Shown here piece by piece: positions 52,561 to 64,000 of a DNA stretch of 64,000 bases. The DNA is from Lama glama (Eukaryota). The notes beneath the pieces are model-generated. The model was not told the origin of the DNA. It was given only the letters and a program-made list of their open reading frames with translations, and did no database searches. The position numbers were made by a program, and so were the translations under genes. Where the stretch lies: assembly GCA_028534125.1 (NCBI GenBank), contig CM052817.1, positions 78,618,001 to 78,682,000 of the forward strand, written 5' to 3'. How positions within the stretch are numbered: position 1 is the stretch's first letter; every line of letters begins with the position of its first letter.

Positions 52561-53666
52561 AAAAAGAAAAGGAGGAAATAAGAGGACTTGTTTCTCTTTA
52601 ATTTCTGGACTTTAAAAATCTAATACAATTCTGATTTTTAAAAAAAATAGCCTCAAAAATTTGAGGAGAGCATTTCTGAAAATACTGTGTTAACACTGAC
52701 CCATTCTACAGATCCTTGCTTGTCACCCATAATGTTAAGACTCTATGTGAGCCTTATGCTGTGGGGGCAGGTCTGTGGATGCTTTGCCATTTCAAAAGGG
52801 CTATTGGATTTTCTGCAACAGGGCATTGCCTGAGATTCCTAAGAAAAATGGAGCCGCTAAGTATTTTACAGCAGGAAATTTTGTGGCTATGCCAGAAACT
52901 TAATGTTGTTAGGTTAATGACAAAGCAACACTCTGCTCATAATCATCTGGTCGAGATTTGTCCACTGCTGGCTTTTAAAATGAACCTTCCTTGCATGTCA
53001 ACCTGATTGCTTACACTTAAATTATACCTAGGGAAGTTTATTTTCCAATCTGCTTTGGAAAATTCAACTATTTAAATAAATCAATCCAGTGACTTTATAT
53101 TTAGAAATACATTCTTTTAGAACTTTGCATACGTCCCATCAACATGACTCTATAATACCATGAAGAATACAATGAAGGCTGTCCAATACAGTGGCGCACA
53201 CTACCTGGATCCCTGCCCTGATCGTTGCTTAAATAAGGCTGTGAAGGGTTGCACCATAGCCTAAGAGGACAAGCGTAGTAAAATTACTCATATGACGACT
53301 GAAATTGAGTTATTATTTACAGGCTTGTTAGAAGTAGCCAAGTAAATAGGATACCATCATACAGTTAAACATGTCATTTCAAAAGCTCACTTTACCTGAC
53401 ATGGACAAAAGGGCTGTTAAAAAAAAATAAAATAAAATTTTTAAAGGAGAGCGTCACACATTATTACACTTCATAAATTCTCTCTCATTTCCCACACGGA
53501 ATGCATGAAGCCAGAAATTAAATGCTTTTGTCACCAAACTCAAAAATCAATCACACGTGCCATTTTAATACGAGAACGTTTAGGCACTTGAAAAAGAAAT
53601 CAAGTTCGCGCAACCTCTGGTAAGTCAGCGAAATGAAAGTAAAGGCACAAAGCCGACGTTACTCAC

Positions 53667-53715
53667 CATGTTCTATACTGAAAGCTCCTCTCCGCTCTAG
53701 GTGAGTGTACTACAA
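53667..53715 (-). other. candidate first exon ending in ATG (host gene unidentified)
   Basis: Minus strand ..TTTCAGTATAGAACATG|GTGAGTAA: purine at -3, consensus donor immediately after ATG, TATA-like CATAAA about 30 nt upstream of the presumed start. The exon start is inferred. Confidence 0.4.
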
Positions 53716-53910
53716 GGGCAGATGTGGAGGGTTTGTCTTTATGACAGCCTTTGAATCAAATAGTAACTAAGTGGTTTAAGTAGAAACATGTATTTTGAAA
53801 GGTTAATCCACCCATACACAGGGAAACCCCTTTTTTAAGAAAGTCACTCTGCTGCCAAGAGGCTATTAATATTCACCTCTCGGATACAAGTACAACCTAC
53901 AGATAAAAGA
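53716..53910 (-). promoter_or_regulatory. candidate tissue-specific (non-CpG-island) promoter
   Basis: GTCATAAA (53738-53745, minus), CTTTGAA TCF/LEF (53749-53755), GGTTAAT (53801), GGGAAACCCC NF-kB-type (53821-53830), AGATAA (53901); locally raised CpG; no repeat recognised. Confidence 0.4.
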
Positions 53911-54787
53911 TGTGAAAATACCACAGAGGATTCCCTCTTAGTCGCTATGTTGTAATGGAAACACAAGAAAACAACATACCTCTTCAGGCGCTTGGGGGTA
54001 CTACAGGAAATCCACCTGCCCACTTCATGGAAAAGTTATATCAGCTTAATAGGGTCACAACACATAAACACAAATGTAGAATTTGTATAATTTACTGTAA
54101 GGACCACATAGGTCACACACTCATTTCTAGGAATGTTCCTCTGTTTCATCTTCCTATTTCTTTCCCTGAGAGAGCTAGCACCCAGGTTAACATTTAAACA
54201 CTCATTCTTTAAAGTAATTTAGAAATAAGCCCACTCCCTTCAGAAAAAAAAAAAAAAGAGTTGATGAGTGTTTTCTTAGAGAGGAAATTGTATTTATGGT
54301 CTCTATATTGCTTTACTGGCATTAGAGGAGAGAAATAATATATGTTTTCTCACCAAACTATAATTATTAGCAGTGGGAAAACTCTCCAAAGGGAAAAACA
54401 AAATTTGTGCCAATTCAGAAATGAAATCATTGTGGATGAGGTACCCGGTAGCCATCATTAGCGGTTATTTACACCATTGATTGTATTGAAGTGATCACTT
54501 TCCTCGTACACATAGTGGAATTAGGTAAACTGCCAATAGCATGCTGGCAATGTGCTGGAGAAGACAGATCGTACCAGATTCTGACTGTTCGGTACACTTC
54601 AGCACAGCAGTCACTGCGCTTCAGAAAAGTAGGCTGATACCATCCAAAGGTCCCACTTCTACAATTCCACTTCCCCAGGTACACTTTGGAAAGTCAACAA
54701 ATCCCAAAGAGATCTTCAACATTATCTTTTTCATGACAAAAATGTTATAAATCTCAATCCTGAATGGTAAAGTCATGAGTGTTATTT

Positions 54788-54805
54788 TGTGTGTGTGTGT
54801 GTGTG
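54788..54805. repeat. (TG)n microsatellite
   Basis: Read directly. Confidence 0.9.
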
Positions 54806-57069
54806 CTTTTTCTCTGTATTTTCAAAAATTTTCCAGGAAAAAAAAAGTCTATAATGCAATGTAGCTTGCACATATCATTAACTTAAAAAAATCCAAATAG
54901 AAACCATGGAGGAAACAATGTCCTTAATCTGAGTCATTAAAGTAAACATATTTGGTATGAAAATACCAATATTGTTGTTTCAAGATCTCCTGGAGTATTT
55001 TGAGCATGTCTTTTAAAAGGTCTTTTGAATTAACACAAAATGACATTTACCCTGTTAGTTTCTTTCCATGTGAGAAAAATAATTACCTAATGTTTCACAG
55101 GAATATGCCATTTTAGTGTGATACCAAAAGAGCAAGGAGACATTTATCAGCCAACAGCAATTAGGTGGAAAGTCAAGTCATTTTATCAACTAGAAGCCTT
55201 AGATCTAACTGATATTTTCCTTTTCTGAAATTTCCTTGAAAATTAAATAAGAATGCTCCACAAGTGCCCCGTGTAATTGCTGCTATTAAAACTTTGAAGT
55301 GCTCCCACAGTGTGTCTAAGGACCAATCTTATCTCAAGCCATGTGCCTCTTTATTTGATGACCACATAAATTAAAGGGTGTAGAAAAAGCAGGGACGTTT
55401 CTTTCAAAGTTCACTGATGGTTAAGCAGGAAGATCACTAAAAACTATGGGATGGACCGTGAGGATGGTGATGCTAGTCAGTGGAAAATGGAATAAGAGAT
55501 CATTTTCATTTACCTCATGCAAATGTTGGTGAAAAAAGGGTCCCTAAAGCACAAGAACAGATCTTGTTATCTATACCTCCCACCATTCTGACCGTAAGGG
55601 GGACGCTGGCCCCTGTCTAGAACACCATCGTGAAATACAGGCATTACTGGTCCAGAAAGCACTGTGCTGCTTCTAGTGTACATCTAAGCCACTTAGTAGC
55701 AACTGCAAGCAAAAGCTGGCTGTCTGCCCACTGAACAATTTTTACTGTTCACAAAAGAGCATTTTGTTTAGTCATTTACCTTCAGGGAAAAATAAGGAAA
55801 TGAGTTGAAAAAAAATTTAATAAAACTTGAAGACTCATACCTAAAGTGATTGATACAAAATTAACTTCACATGGCTTGAGGGTACAATTGTCTGAGGGGG
55901 GAAGGGGAGAAAAGGGAGAAAATGAGACTGGTGAAGTAAGACAAGGCCACCAAGAGTTGAGTTTGGGGGAAGAGAACGTCATGTTCAATACTTCTTCCTT
56001 TGTCCGGAACTAATATTGAGAGTATTAAAGAGGCTAAGGTAAGGAAGTTCCCCAGCTTTAGGCTTGGGAAGGGGCAAATCCACCCTGTCTCTAAAGATGA
56101 GCTGAGTGTGTCACTCAGTCATAAGGCTCCGGTGGACCTCAGCTGCACCTCACGTGCAGGCCGTCCACAGGGGTCCTCAGGAAGACAGGGAAAGTGCTTC
56201 CACATGCTTGCTTTCTGGCAAGATTCCAGGCCCTGTCCCCTCCTCCCTACCACTAACTCAGGCTCCTTTCCCTCTCAGCATCCCAACATCCCAGATTCCA
56301 AATCATGAGTAAGAATGGAGGCTGAATGGAGACCATCACGTAGGTACCACAGCTAAGAAGTTCACAGGGTTTTCTAAGAAATGTAAAACCAACCTAGCAA
56401 TGTTTGTGCCATGAACTACACATACCTCGGGAGTTGTTCAAACGAATTGTCTGTTGGGTGAGAGCTTCCTGCAGGTTAGGGACATTTGATGAGCCTCCAG
56501 AGTCCTTCAAGAGGGAGGCCATGGCCTCTTGCCAAACTTTGGTCCTCACTGTTTCCTTGAGAGATTCAAACCAGAGATTGTATTTCCATTACAACTTCAG
56601 AACATCACCTGTAGCATTACTTACAGGATGGAGATGGCTGTGCCAGGAGCCTCAACAGATTGGATATCAAACCAGAAGGGTAATATGACTTCTGCTCCAC
56701 TGTCTCCTAGCCTAGTTTATAAAGGATAAAACCTAGTGTTAATTTGGGCTTTCTACTTCATCAAAAAATGGTACTTTTTTTTCCTCTCAAATGGCATTTT
56801 TTTTCTCTCAGATTCAAACTCCCATAACAACCAGGAGTATAGTTGATTTCACTATTTGATAAAATTTCATCTGGATGAAAATTGACATGAAGAACAGACA
56901 ATTTTTGTCATCATTTTGCAAACTTGAATACCCATTCATAAAACTCCAGGAACAGTTATACTTGTGATATGATGCTTAAATTTGATTTTCTTCCCCACTT
57001 GTTTTTTCCCCAGTAGAACTATCATTTTAAGGAACTCAGTAGTTCTATGCATTTTCCCTGAGTTCTTCC

Positions 57070-57076
<7 letters not shown>

Positions 57077-57106
<30 letters not shown>
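57077..57106. repeat. (TG)15 microsatellite
   Basis: Read directly. Confidence 0.95.
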
Positions 57107-57109
<3 letters not shown>

Positions 57110-58224
57110 ATGCTTTTTTCCCCCTTTAACTCCACCACAGGTAAGAAAGGGCTAAACAGCTCATAATTTACATCAGTTCTACTTTTTCCTAAGGACTAGA
57201 TCCCATTTTTCTCTGAAAAATTCTGCCAAAAAGAGGATACATCAGGCAAACAACCAGGAAAGAGAAGGGGCATAAATCTCATTTCCAAAGAGGACGGAAG
57301 AATGAATATGAATCATACATGCAGATAAATCAGAAATGCAGCTGTTTGGGACCAAGTCTAGTTATCACTGTACACCAGGCCGAAGATGTGGTGATCTTCA
57401 AAAGGCAACCCCAGGTGTCAACAGAGCAGACACATCCCAGGAGAACTCTGACACTCAAACCCTTAGCCTCTTACCCTCACCACAACTGCGTCCCTTCCTG
57501 TTTTCAACACACATTAATATGTTTTCTCACCCAAATTCAGGAACCATACCTGTTTTCAACATTACATTTGTTCTTGATTATTCCTGTCTTACAGGAATTA
57601 CCACCCGAAGAGCAGTAACTTAGAAGTCAGGCATCTTGGACCAGATTTTATAAGACCAACACTGAATAATTTATACATTCTCCATCTGTGTGAAAACTGA
57701 CTTTGGGTACTGGAAAGCCTACATGTCCTATTTGATGGAACTATTCTCTTATAGTAGTTTCTTGTTTTCAATTGAAAATCTAAAACAGAAAAATTACTTC
57801 TGATCTTCAGCTGTGATTTCCACCTTCTATGACCCTCACTTATAGCCAGTTGTCTTCATGTGATCTTTAGATGTTTAACTCCAAATCTACAGCATCACAG
57901 GGTTTGTACACTTGGGAACAGACAGGAGCTTTAAAACTGAAAAACAGGCACTAAAATGATTAGTTTTATGGACATTTTATGGGAAAGTCATTTACTGTGC
58001 TGAAGTCTGGGAGGGGCTCTCAGTGTTTTATCCCAAAGGACCCAGAAGGTTACATAACAAGGGGAAGACTTTTAGCTCCAGCACTCTGAAACTCACATGA
58101 TGATTTCGAAGCTTATATTGGAAATAATTTTGTACACCAAGGAGAAAAGTCCTGAGGTCTGTTTATAGATGTATAATTTAAACCAAAGCATTATTCTCCT
58201 GTGGCAGTCATTCTAACAACCTCA

Positions 58225-58335
58225 CCAGGAATCAGATTCATTTAACCCCTGGAGATTTCAGTTCCTTTACCTAAAAATGGGATTGGAACAGATGATGCCT
58301 AAAAATCCCATCAGGGTCAAAGATTCTATGATTTG
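58225..58335 (+). mobile_element. MIR3-like fragment
   Basis: CATTTAACCCCTGGAGATTTCAGTTCCTTTACCTAAAAATGGG..AGATTCTATGATT. Confidence 0.55.
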
Positions 58336-59339
58336 ATATCACCCGAAACAGCAAACAATACATTTCCATTTTGATTGGTTTTATGCTTTTTTAATGTCTC
58401 TTGTATAGTTGAGAAAGACTACCATAAAAATATAACACATTGTTCAACAGTGTGTCTACTCTGAGTTGATTCTACTCATAGAATTATGTTAACTCTTTCA
58501 GCTCTTAAACCAAAGTTATCAAAGACTTCGAAGAGCTGGACTCCCAGCACAACTACAAAGTTAAATACTTGAATGCCTAATTTACTGCCAAGGAGTAATG
58601 AGGCCTTAGGGAAAAGTCTTCTCATCATGTCCTTCATTGTTGTGTAAAAACATTTGACAGTAAGGGGAAGTACTTTACTCTGAAGGAAATTTTCTCTGTT
58701 TTACAAAGATATTAGTGTTCTAGAGAGTCAAGATTAACCAAGGACCCAAAATAATAATTATTTTTCCTTTAAATTTTTAATTATAAATGTCAAACATAAG
58801 ACTGATGAAAAGTCTGAGAGTATAAAACTATATTATATGGAAAGAGTAAAAAATGGAGAAGTAACTTCTGACATGAGGCTATGATAACATCATTTTCAGA
58901 TAATTTGGTGCACATTCCTCCAGTTTTATCTTCTCCGAACACATAATAATTGGTATCATTATTTAGTGGACTATTTTGTTCCTGGAGGAAGCTAACAAGT
59001 ATTACTATTGACAATAATATTCTTTGATTGGGTGAGACTAAGAATACTTCTTGCAATTCAATAAACTATAGTTTCTCTATCTACTAAAGTGGAGAGAGAG
59101 AATTAAAATAAAATTATAAGTTGAAGAGATTTTTATGGTCATTCTCTCCAGTTTTTTAAATTGTGAATTAATGAACCATGTAATACAAAGAATAAACATA
59201 TATGGATAGAGCCCATTGTTGAAATTAAGCCAGGTTTATAGTAAAAGTCAGCCTGGATAATTTAATGAAATATTATCATTGTTGTGTGATAATTAAATAT
59301 AAATCAATTTACATTTTTGAGTTTGATGATGATGATAAT

Positions 59340-59660
59340 TGAGAATAACAACTAGCAATAATTTCTGATCATTTATTTTGTACCAGATGCTTTACAAACA
59401 TTATTTCCTTGCTAATTAATGTGACGTTTTTGGGCCAGCAAAAACTTGTAGGGAAGGCAGAATCTCAGGAGCCATCCTAAACTCACTGAATCAAAATCTG
59501 CATTTTAACAAGATCTCTAGGTATGAGAGGGAATCTCATTAATGAAAGTAAAGTCTGAGGAACTTTGTATTATTTCATTTATTCTTTCCAGCAACTGGCA
59601 AATATGGTATCACTAGCCTCCTATTACCCATGAGGAAAATGAAACTCAGAGAAGCAGAGC
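59340..59660 (-). mobile_element. MIR interrupted by a MER5A-like element
   Basis: TGCTTTACAAACATTATTTC..[insert]..TATTTCATTTATTCTT..CCCATGAGGAAAATGAAACTCAGAGAAG. Confidence 0.6.
59420..59567. mobile_element. hAT-Charlie MER5A-like element
   Basis: GCAGAATCTCAGG..CACTGAATCAAAATCTGCATTTTAACAAGATCTCTAGGT..AAAGTCTGAGGAAC. Confidence 0.75.
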
Positions 59661-60171
59661 TAATATTCAAAATATTTGATACCTGATTGAATACAGGCAT
59701 CAGCCAATAAGAAAGGAGACCTGAACAAGAGTATGTGCAGGTGTCCAACAACAGCCCTGCCGAGAACTGAAGGACTCAGCTAAGCCACTTTATCTCAGCC
59801 AGTAATTAGCATAGCTAATTCAGACTGAGATTCAGATCCTGGTTTGTGAGTCACAGAAACACATATTTTTTACACTATCCCACACAGTGATTATTATGAC
59901 TGTTACACAAATAAACCAAAAATTTCTAAGGTCAGCGAGAGTATGAGGGAGATCCAAAGCTAAATTTAAAAGACATCACTGTTTCCAATTTTCTTCTGCC
60001 CATTCACTTCCTCATTTCAATCCCTCTGCCTTACCATTCTACTTGAGGATATCCAGACCCAGAGTGACCCAAAGTGGTGTGGTGTCTCCATCAAAAAATA
60101 AAGCCCAGGCCCCTTGGAGATGGATAGAACATGATACTCCAAGGGTGGGTCATTTACCTGCAAAGACCCTC

Positions 60172-60800
60172 TGTGATACTGTGGTAAAGGGCTCTTAAAA
60201 CCCTTGGCATTTCCCAAGTGATGAGCGCAAATGGTATCTTTTTTTATGTTAATGAGACAACTTTTGAACCACAGCTAAGGATGGAAGCTGGCTGTCTAGA
60301 GAACCAACCATGTAATTAAAGGGTTGGAACTTTCAGTCACAACTTTAAGAGGAGAGTGGGGCTAGAGTTTGAATCAGTCATCAATGGCCAATGATTTGAT
60401 CAACCATGCCTGTGTAATGAAGCCCTCATAAAACCCCAAAGGGACAGGGTTCTGAGAGCTTGGAGGCTGGTGAACGTGTGGAGATTTGGGGAGAGGGCAC
60501 GGAAGCTTGTTGCCGTTCCCTTCCATCTTTCTCTATGCATCTCTTCTATCTGACTGTTCCAGAGTTATATCCTTTTATAATCAATTGGTAATCTAGTAGG
60601 TAAACTGTTTCTCTGAGTCCGTGAACTGCTCTAGCAAATTAACTGAAACTGAGGAGGAGGCTGTGGGAGCCTCCAATCTATAGTCCATCAGTCAGATGCA
60701 CAGGTGATAACTTGGATTTGAAATGAGTGTCAGAAGTTGGTGGGGAGCAGTCTTGTAAGACTGAGCCCTTAACCTCTGGGATCTGATTCTACTTCCAGGA
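60172..60800 (+). mobile_element. LTR (MER21-like)
   Basis: Starts TGTGATA; CAACCATGTAATTAAAGGGTTGGAACTTTCAG, CAATGGCCAATGATTTGATCAACCATGCC, GACTGAGCCCTTAACCT. Confidence 0.8.
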
Positions 60801-61544
60801 CTTGATGGCTGAAACATCCTTTTGTTTACTGAGACGACAGGCGACATTCTTTGCCCACAGGTTTCCTTCCAATTAGAACAGGAAGCTGTGGGAATCCTAG
60901 CTACTGTATTCCAGATCACTTGTTTTGGGGAGGTGAGGTCATGCTACATGGTTTGTGTATCTCTAAGGCCATGAACCACCCCAGAAATCTCTCTTTCGGC
61001 TGTCGGTTTTTCTCAACCTCTGAGATGTCTGTCCTGCCTTGTGTCACTGGTATAGTTTAAGAGACTCAACGTCTTCTCCTGAGGATCTTGAGACTTGTGC
61101 TGTCTGTGAATTTCTCCAGTTTATAGTAGAAATACCTTATGCCCATTAAAGCTTCCTTGATTACAAGTCAGACAGTAATACCCACCTCCACAAAGAATGT
61201 GGGGTCTATCAGTGAAGCACAGCAATAAATCTGCATTGATGAAAGGAAGGTCAGTAACCTAAATACTTGTCATTTCTCAGGAAATCTAGTGCTTCATGGA
61301 TGTTGGGTGAAAAAGGTTGGCAATGTCACAACTTCATAGGAGAGACACTGAGTTTTAAGTTACTGAAACAATACAGTATTGTGTAAATTTGATTCTCCAC
61401 CCAAAATAGCCAGTTTTGAACCATGCGTTCAACTCCAGATTGCAATTCGGATTTCAGCGACATTTTGTCAGTGTTTCGTGGGTAACCCAGTAGTGTTCTT
61501 AAAAAAAAAAAAAAAAGACAGCAGACGCAAACTGGCTCCAAAAT

Positions 61545-61929
61545 GATACAACTTGGCTTCCTGCATATTATACTGGCAAAGCAAGCTACAAGGCCAGCCC
61601 AGATTCAGGGAACAGAGAAATAGACTCTACCGTAGTGACGGGAGAAACAGTGCGACTTTTCAGCTTCTCCCAAGAAGAGGAGAGACATGCATCCCAGATG
61701 CCCCAACCTCCAACCTCCGGCCTAGTTCATGGCCAGCAAACCCCCCAAATCATAATTGTTTGACCAGCTGCTGACGGCAAATGTCCTCGGGTCCCTGTGA
61801 GACCAGAACTGCCTCTCTGAGCCCAGGCCAAACAGGCAACCAAGGGCTTGTGAGCTAAAGAATTAGTTGTTTTATTACATCACTAACTTTTAGGGTAATT
61901 TGCTACACAGCAAAAGCTAAGTGATGGAC
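61545..61929. mobile_element. MaLR MLT1-type LTR fragments
   Basis: CAAGGCCAGCCCAGATTCAGGG..AAATAGACTCTACC fragment, then plus-strand 3' end TTTTAGGGTAATTTGCTACACAGCAAAAGCTAA. Confidence 0.6.
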
Positions 61930-64000
61930 TGCCCTAGGAGATATTTTAAAATGTACAATAACTATCAAACATTAAAACTGAATTCTGCTTTTATCTTTGT
62001 CTTTTGAAAAACATTCAGGGGTATCAAGCTCACAGCCCACAGCCCCACTTCTGAGAAAAATAAACAAAGCAGCATAAACAATCCCCTCTCCTTTGCTCTG
62101 TAATCCCTCAAGCATGTCTGGAGCCCTTCCCCCCTCATTCTGAAACCACTCCTCAAAATTCTGTCGAACACCCTGCCCACCCACGCTTCTTACTTCCTGT
62201 CTCTCAAAAAGCCACGCTTCGCTGCCCCTGTGAGGGAGACATTCTGGGGACCTGTCTCTGCCGAGAGGGGCAGCCTGAGGGTGCAACAGCTGCCTGCCCT
62301 CTTGTCCTCACCTGCTCACAAAGACAGCTGTAGCCGGCCTTCTTGGAAAAGCTGGGCTCTTTTCTCACTCTGATTGCTTTCCTTATAAAGAAACCTCCTA
62401 AAAAACTCCCCCCTCCCCCCAAAAAACCAAACACGTCCTTCAGCTGTTACCTAAGCAAACTCTACTGGGGTGATAAGCAGAAGTCAGGGAGTCTGGGAGT
62501 GTGAGACTTGTCCCCACCTGCAGATGAGGGCTGTCTGCTCTCTGCTGGACCTAGTACCGGAGTCATCCCGGAAGAACTGACCCAGAGGAAGAGCCTGAAT
62601 GGCGGGGAAAAAAAAGTGAGGTGGGGCTTTGAGCAAAGAGAATTTACAAGCAGAAGATAACTTTTTATAAAGACACAGACTGTCCTCAAATGCACAAGTC
62701 GTTCCAAGTGGGAATCAGAAAACAACTGTTCTAGTGGTTGCTAGATTCAATGGGAAATGGCTCAGCATAGGTTCCACCTCAGCTGACAGCTCTACTAGAC
62801 AATATTATTACCTCTAGACGTCTTAGTGCTACTGGACAGTATTAGTACTACTGGAATGCAGTACGGGGGTGTGGGTAAACTGTGGGCATCAGGGTGCTTT
62901 CCGTGGGAGACCAGAAGGTCTGTCTTGCCAGTTAGCACTCAGTCAAAACAATGAATCAGGATATTAGGTTATTGGAGAAATTCAGGAACAAGAACCAAGG
63001 AGGTAAACAGGCCAATGTATTCAGGTGCGGAGCTGGGTTAGAGTCCGTTATCACATCTTGGAATCAGCCATGAAGGTCAGGAGTAAGAAAAACTCTTGTT
63101 CTCAGAACCCTGTGAGATTAGACGCAAGAATTTCTTTCTTGGGCCTTTCCTTCCAAAAAAGGGTCTGTATCTACGAGTGGAAAGTTGTACAGAGCTAAAC
63201 CATTTGTTCCCACCCCACTGTTAGGAAAACCCCATGTGGGGAGTAAGATGAGGCTTAAGCTTGTTGCTATGAGCAGCAGAAGGTGGAAAAGGTCAAAGGC
63301 CTTCAGTGTGATCATCTAATTCCCAGGGCCTTTCTCTGGGTTCACCTATCACAGTCACAGAATAGACATGTTGGAGATCAAAGGTCTTGTCCTGGACTGA
63401 AAATTCTTTCTGACTCCTCACTTTGATGGTTAGAGGTAGACAGCAACACTAAGTTGGCCAAAAAGAAGAGAAATCAAAGTAAGCATGAATGTAGCAGGTA
63501 CAATAGATCTGAAGATACTTGGAGGGGCTCAATGAAGTAATCATTTACACATGGCACATATATCTATATTTATAATGTTCCAATATATATTATATATTAT
63601 TTGTATCATACATTATATATGTTCCAATATATGACATATGTTCCAATATTTACTTCTTGGAACATATTTACTTATATAAAATATATATATATGAATTAAG
63701 TGAAAATCGCAGTCAATCTCTGACCTGGAGTAATTCCCTCAGTGAGCATGATTTCATCCCTTTGTCATTTGTTAGCAATGTTGACCAATGAAAGGATGAT
63801 TTGAGATCGTGCATGTGTGTGGTTGAACAAAAGCACTAAGTCGTATTGGATCAGAGTCTGGAGACTTTAGCAAAAATGTAACTTCCCCGGGAAGGTCTTT
63901 TCAAGTAGAGCAGATTCTGGGGTCACGCTGTGGACACTGTCCTTTAGACAGGATTGCTGCGTGGCAGGTGATGCTTGTGCAACTCTGGAAGCTCTGTTTA

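Noticed and set aside
1..64000. Supplied ORFs (60-135 aa) as protein-coding genes
   Set aside because: None resembles a protein I recognise; many lie in repeats or low-complexity DNA and many start at TTG/GTG; their number and length look like chance.
1..64000. Novel prokaryote-style system (CRISPR array, operon, retron)
   Set aside because: The sequence is mammalian, with no regularly spaced repeat-spacer array and no gene cluster.

Overview
Mammalian, AT-rich, non-coding genomic DNA (intronic or intergenic). The short tRNA-derived SINEs and young L1 3' ends resemble camelid elements (Camelus/Vicugna/Lama; inference from recalled consensus, not a search). I recognise no protein-coding exon, RNA gene or processed pseudogene, and the supplied ORFs look like chance ORFs, many inside repeats. 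Much of the window is interspersed repeats: MIR, L2, old L1M, ERV1/ERVL/MaLR solo LTRs, Tigger and hAT DNA elements, young SINE and L1 copies with target-site duplications (TSDs). The best functional candidates are a minus-strand promoter with an ATG-only first exon near 53.7 kb inside a repeat-poor block, a CTCF motif cluster at 15.7-19.5 kb, and a (TG)15-preceded YAG|GTAAG recursive-splice-like site at 57.14 kb. There are also several small mutational signatures (overlapping palindromes, a 41-bp L1-terminal duplication, a tail-only insertion). I found no evidence for a novel biological system. Repeat family names come from memory, and old-repeat boundaries are approximate.
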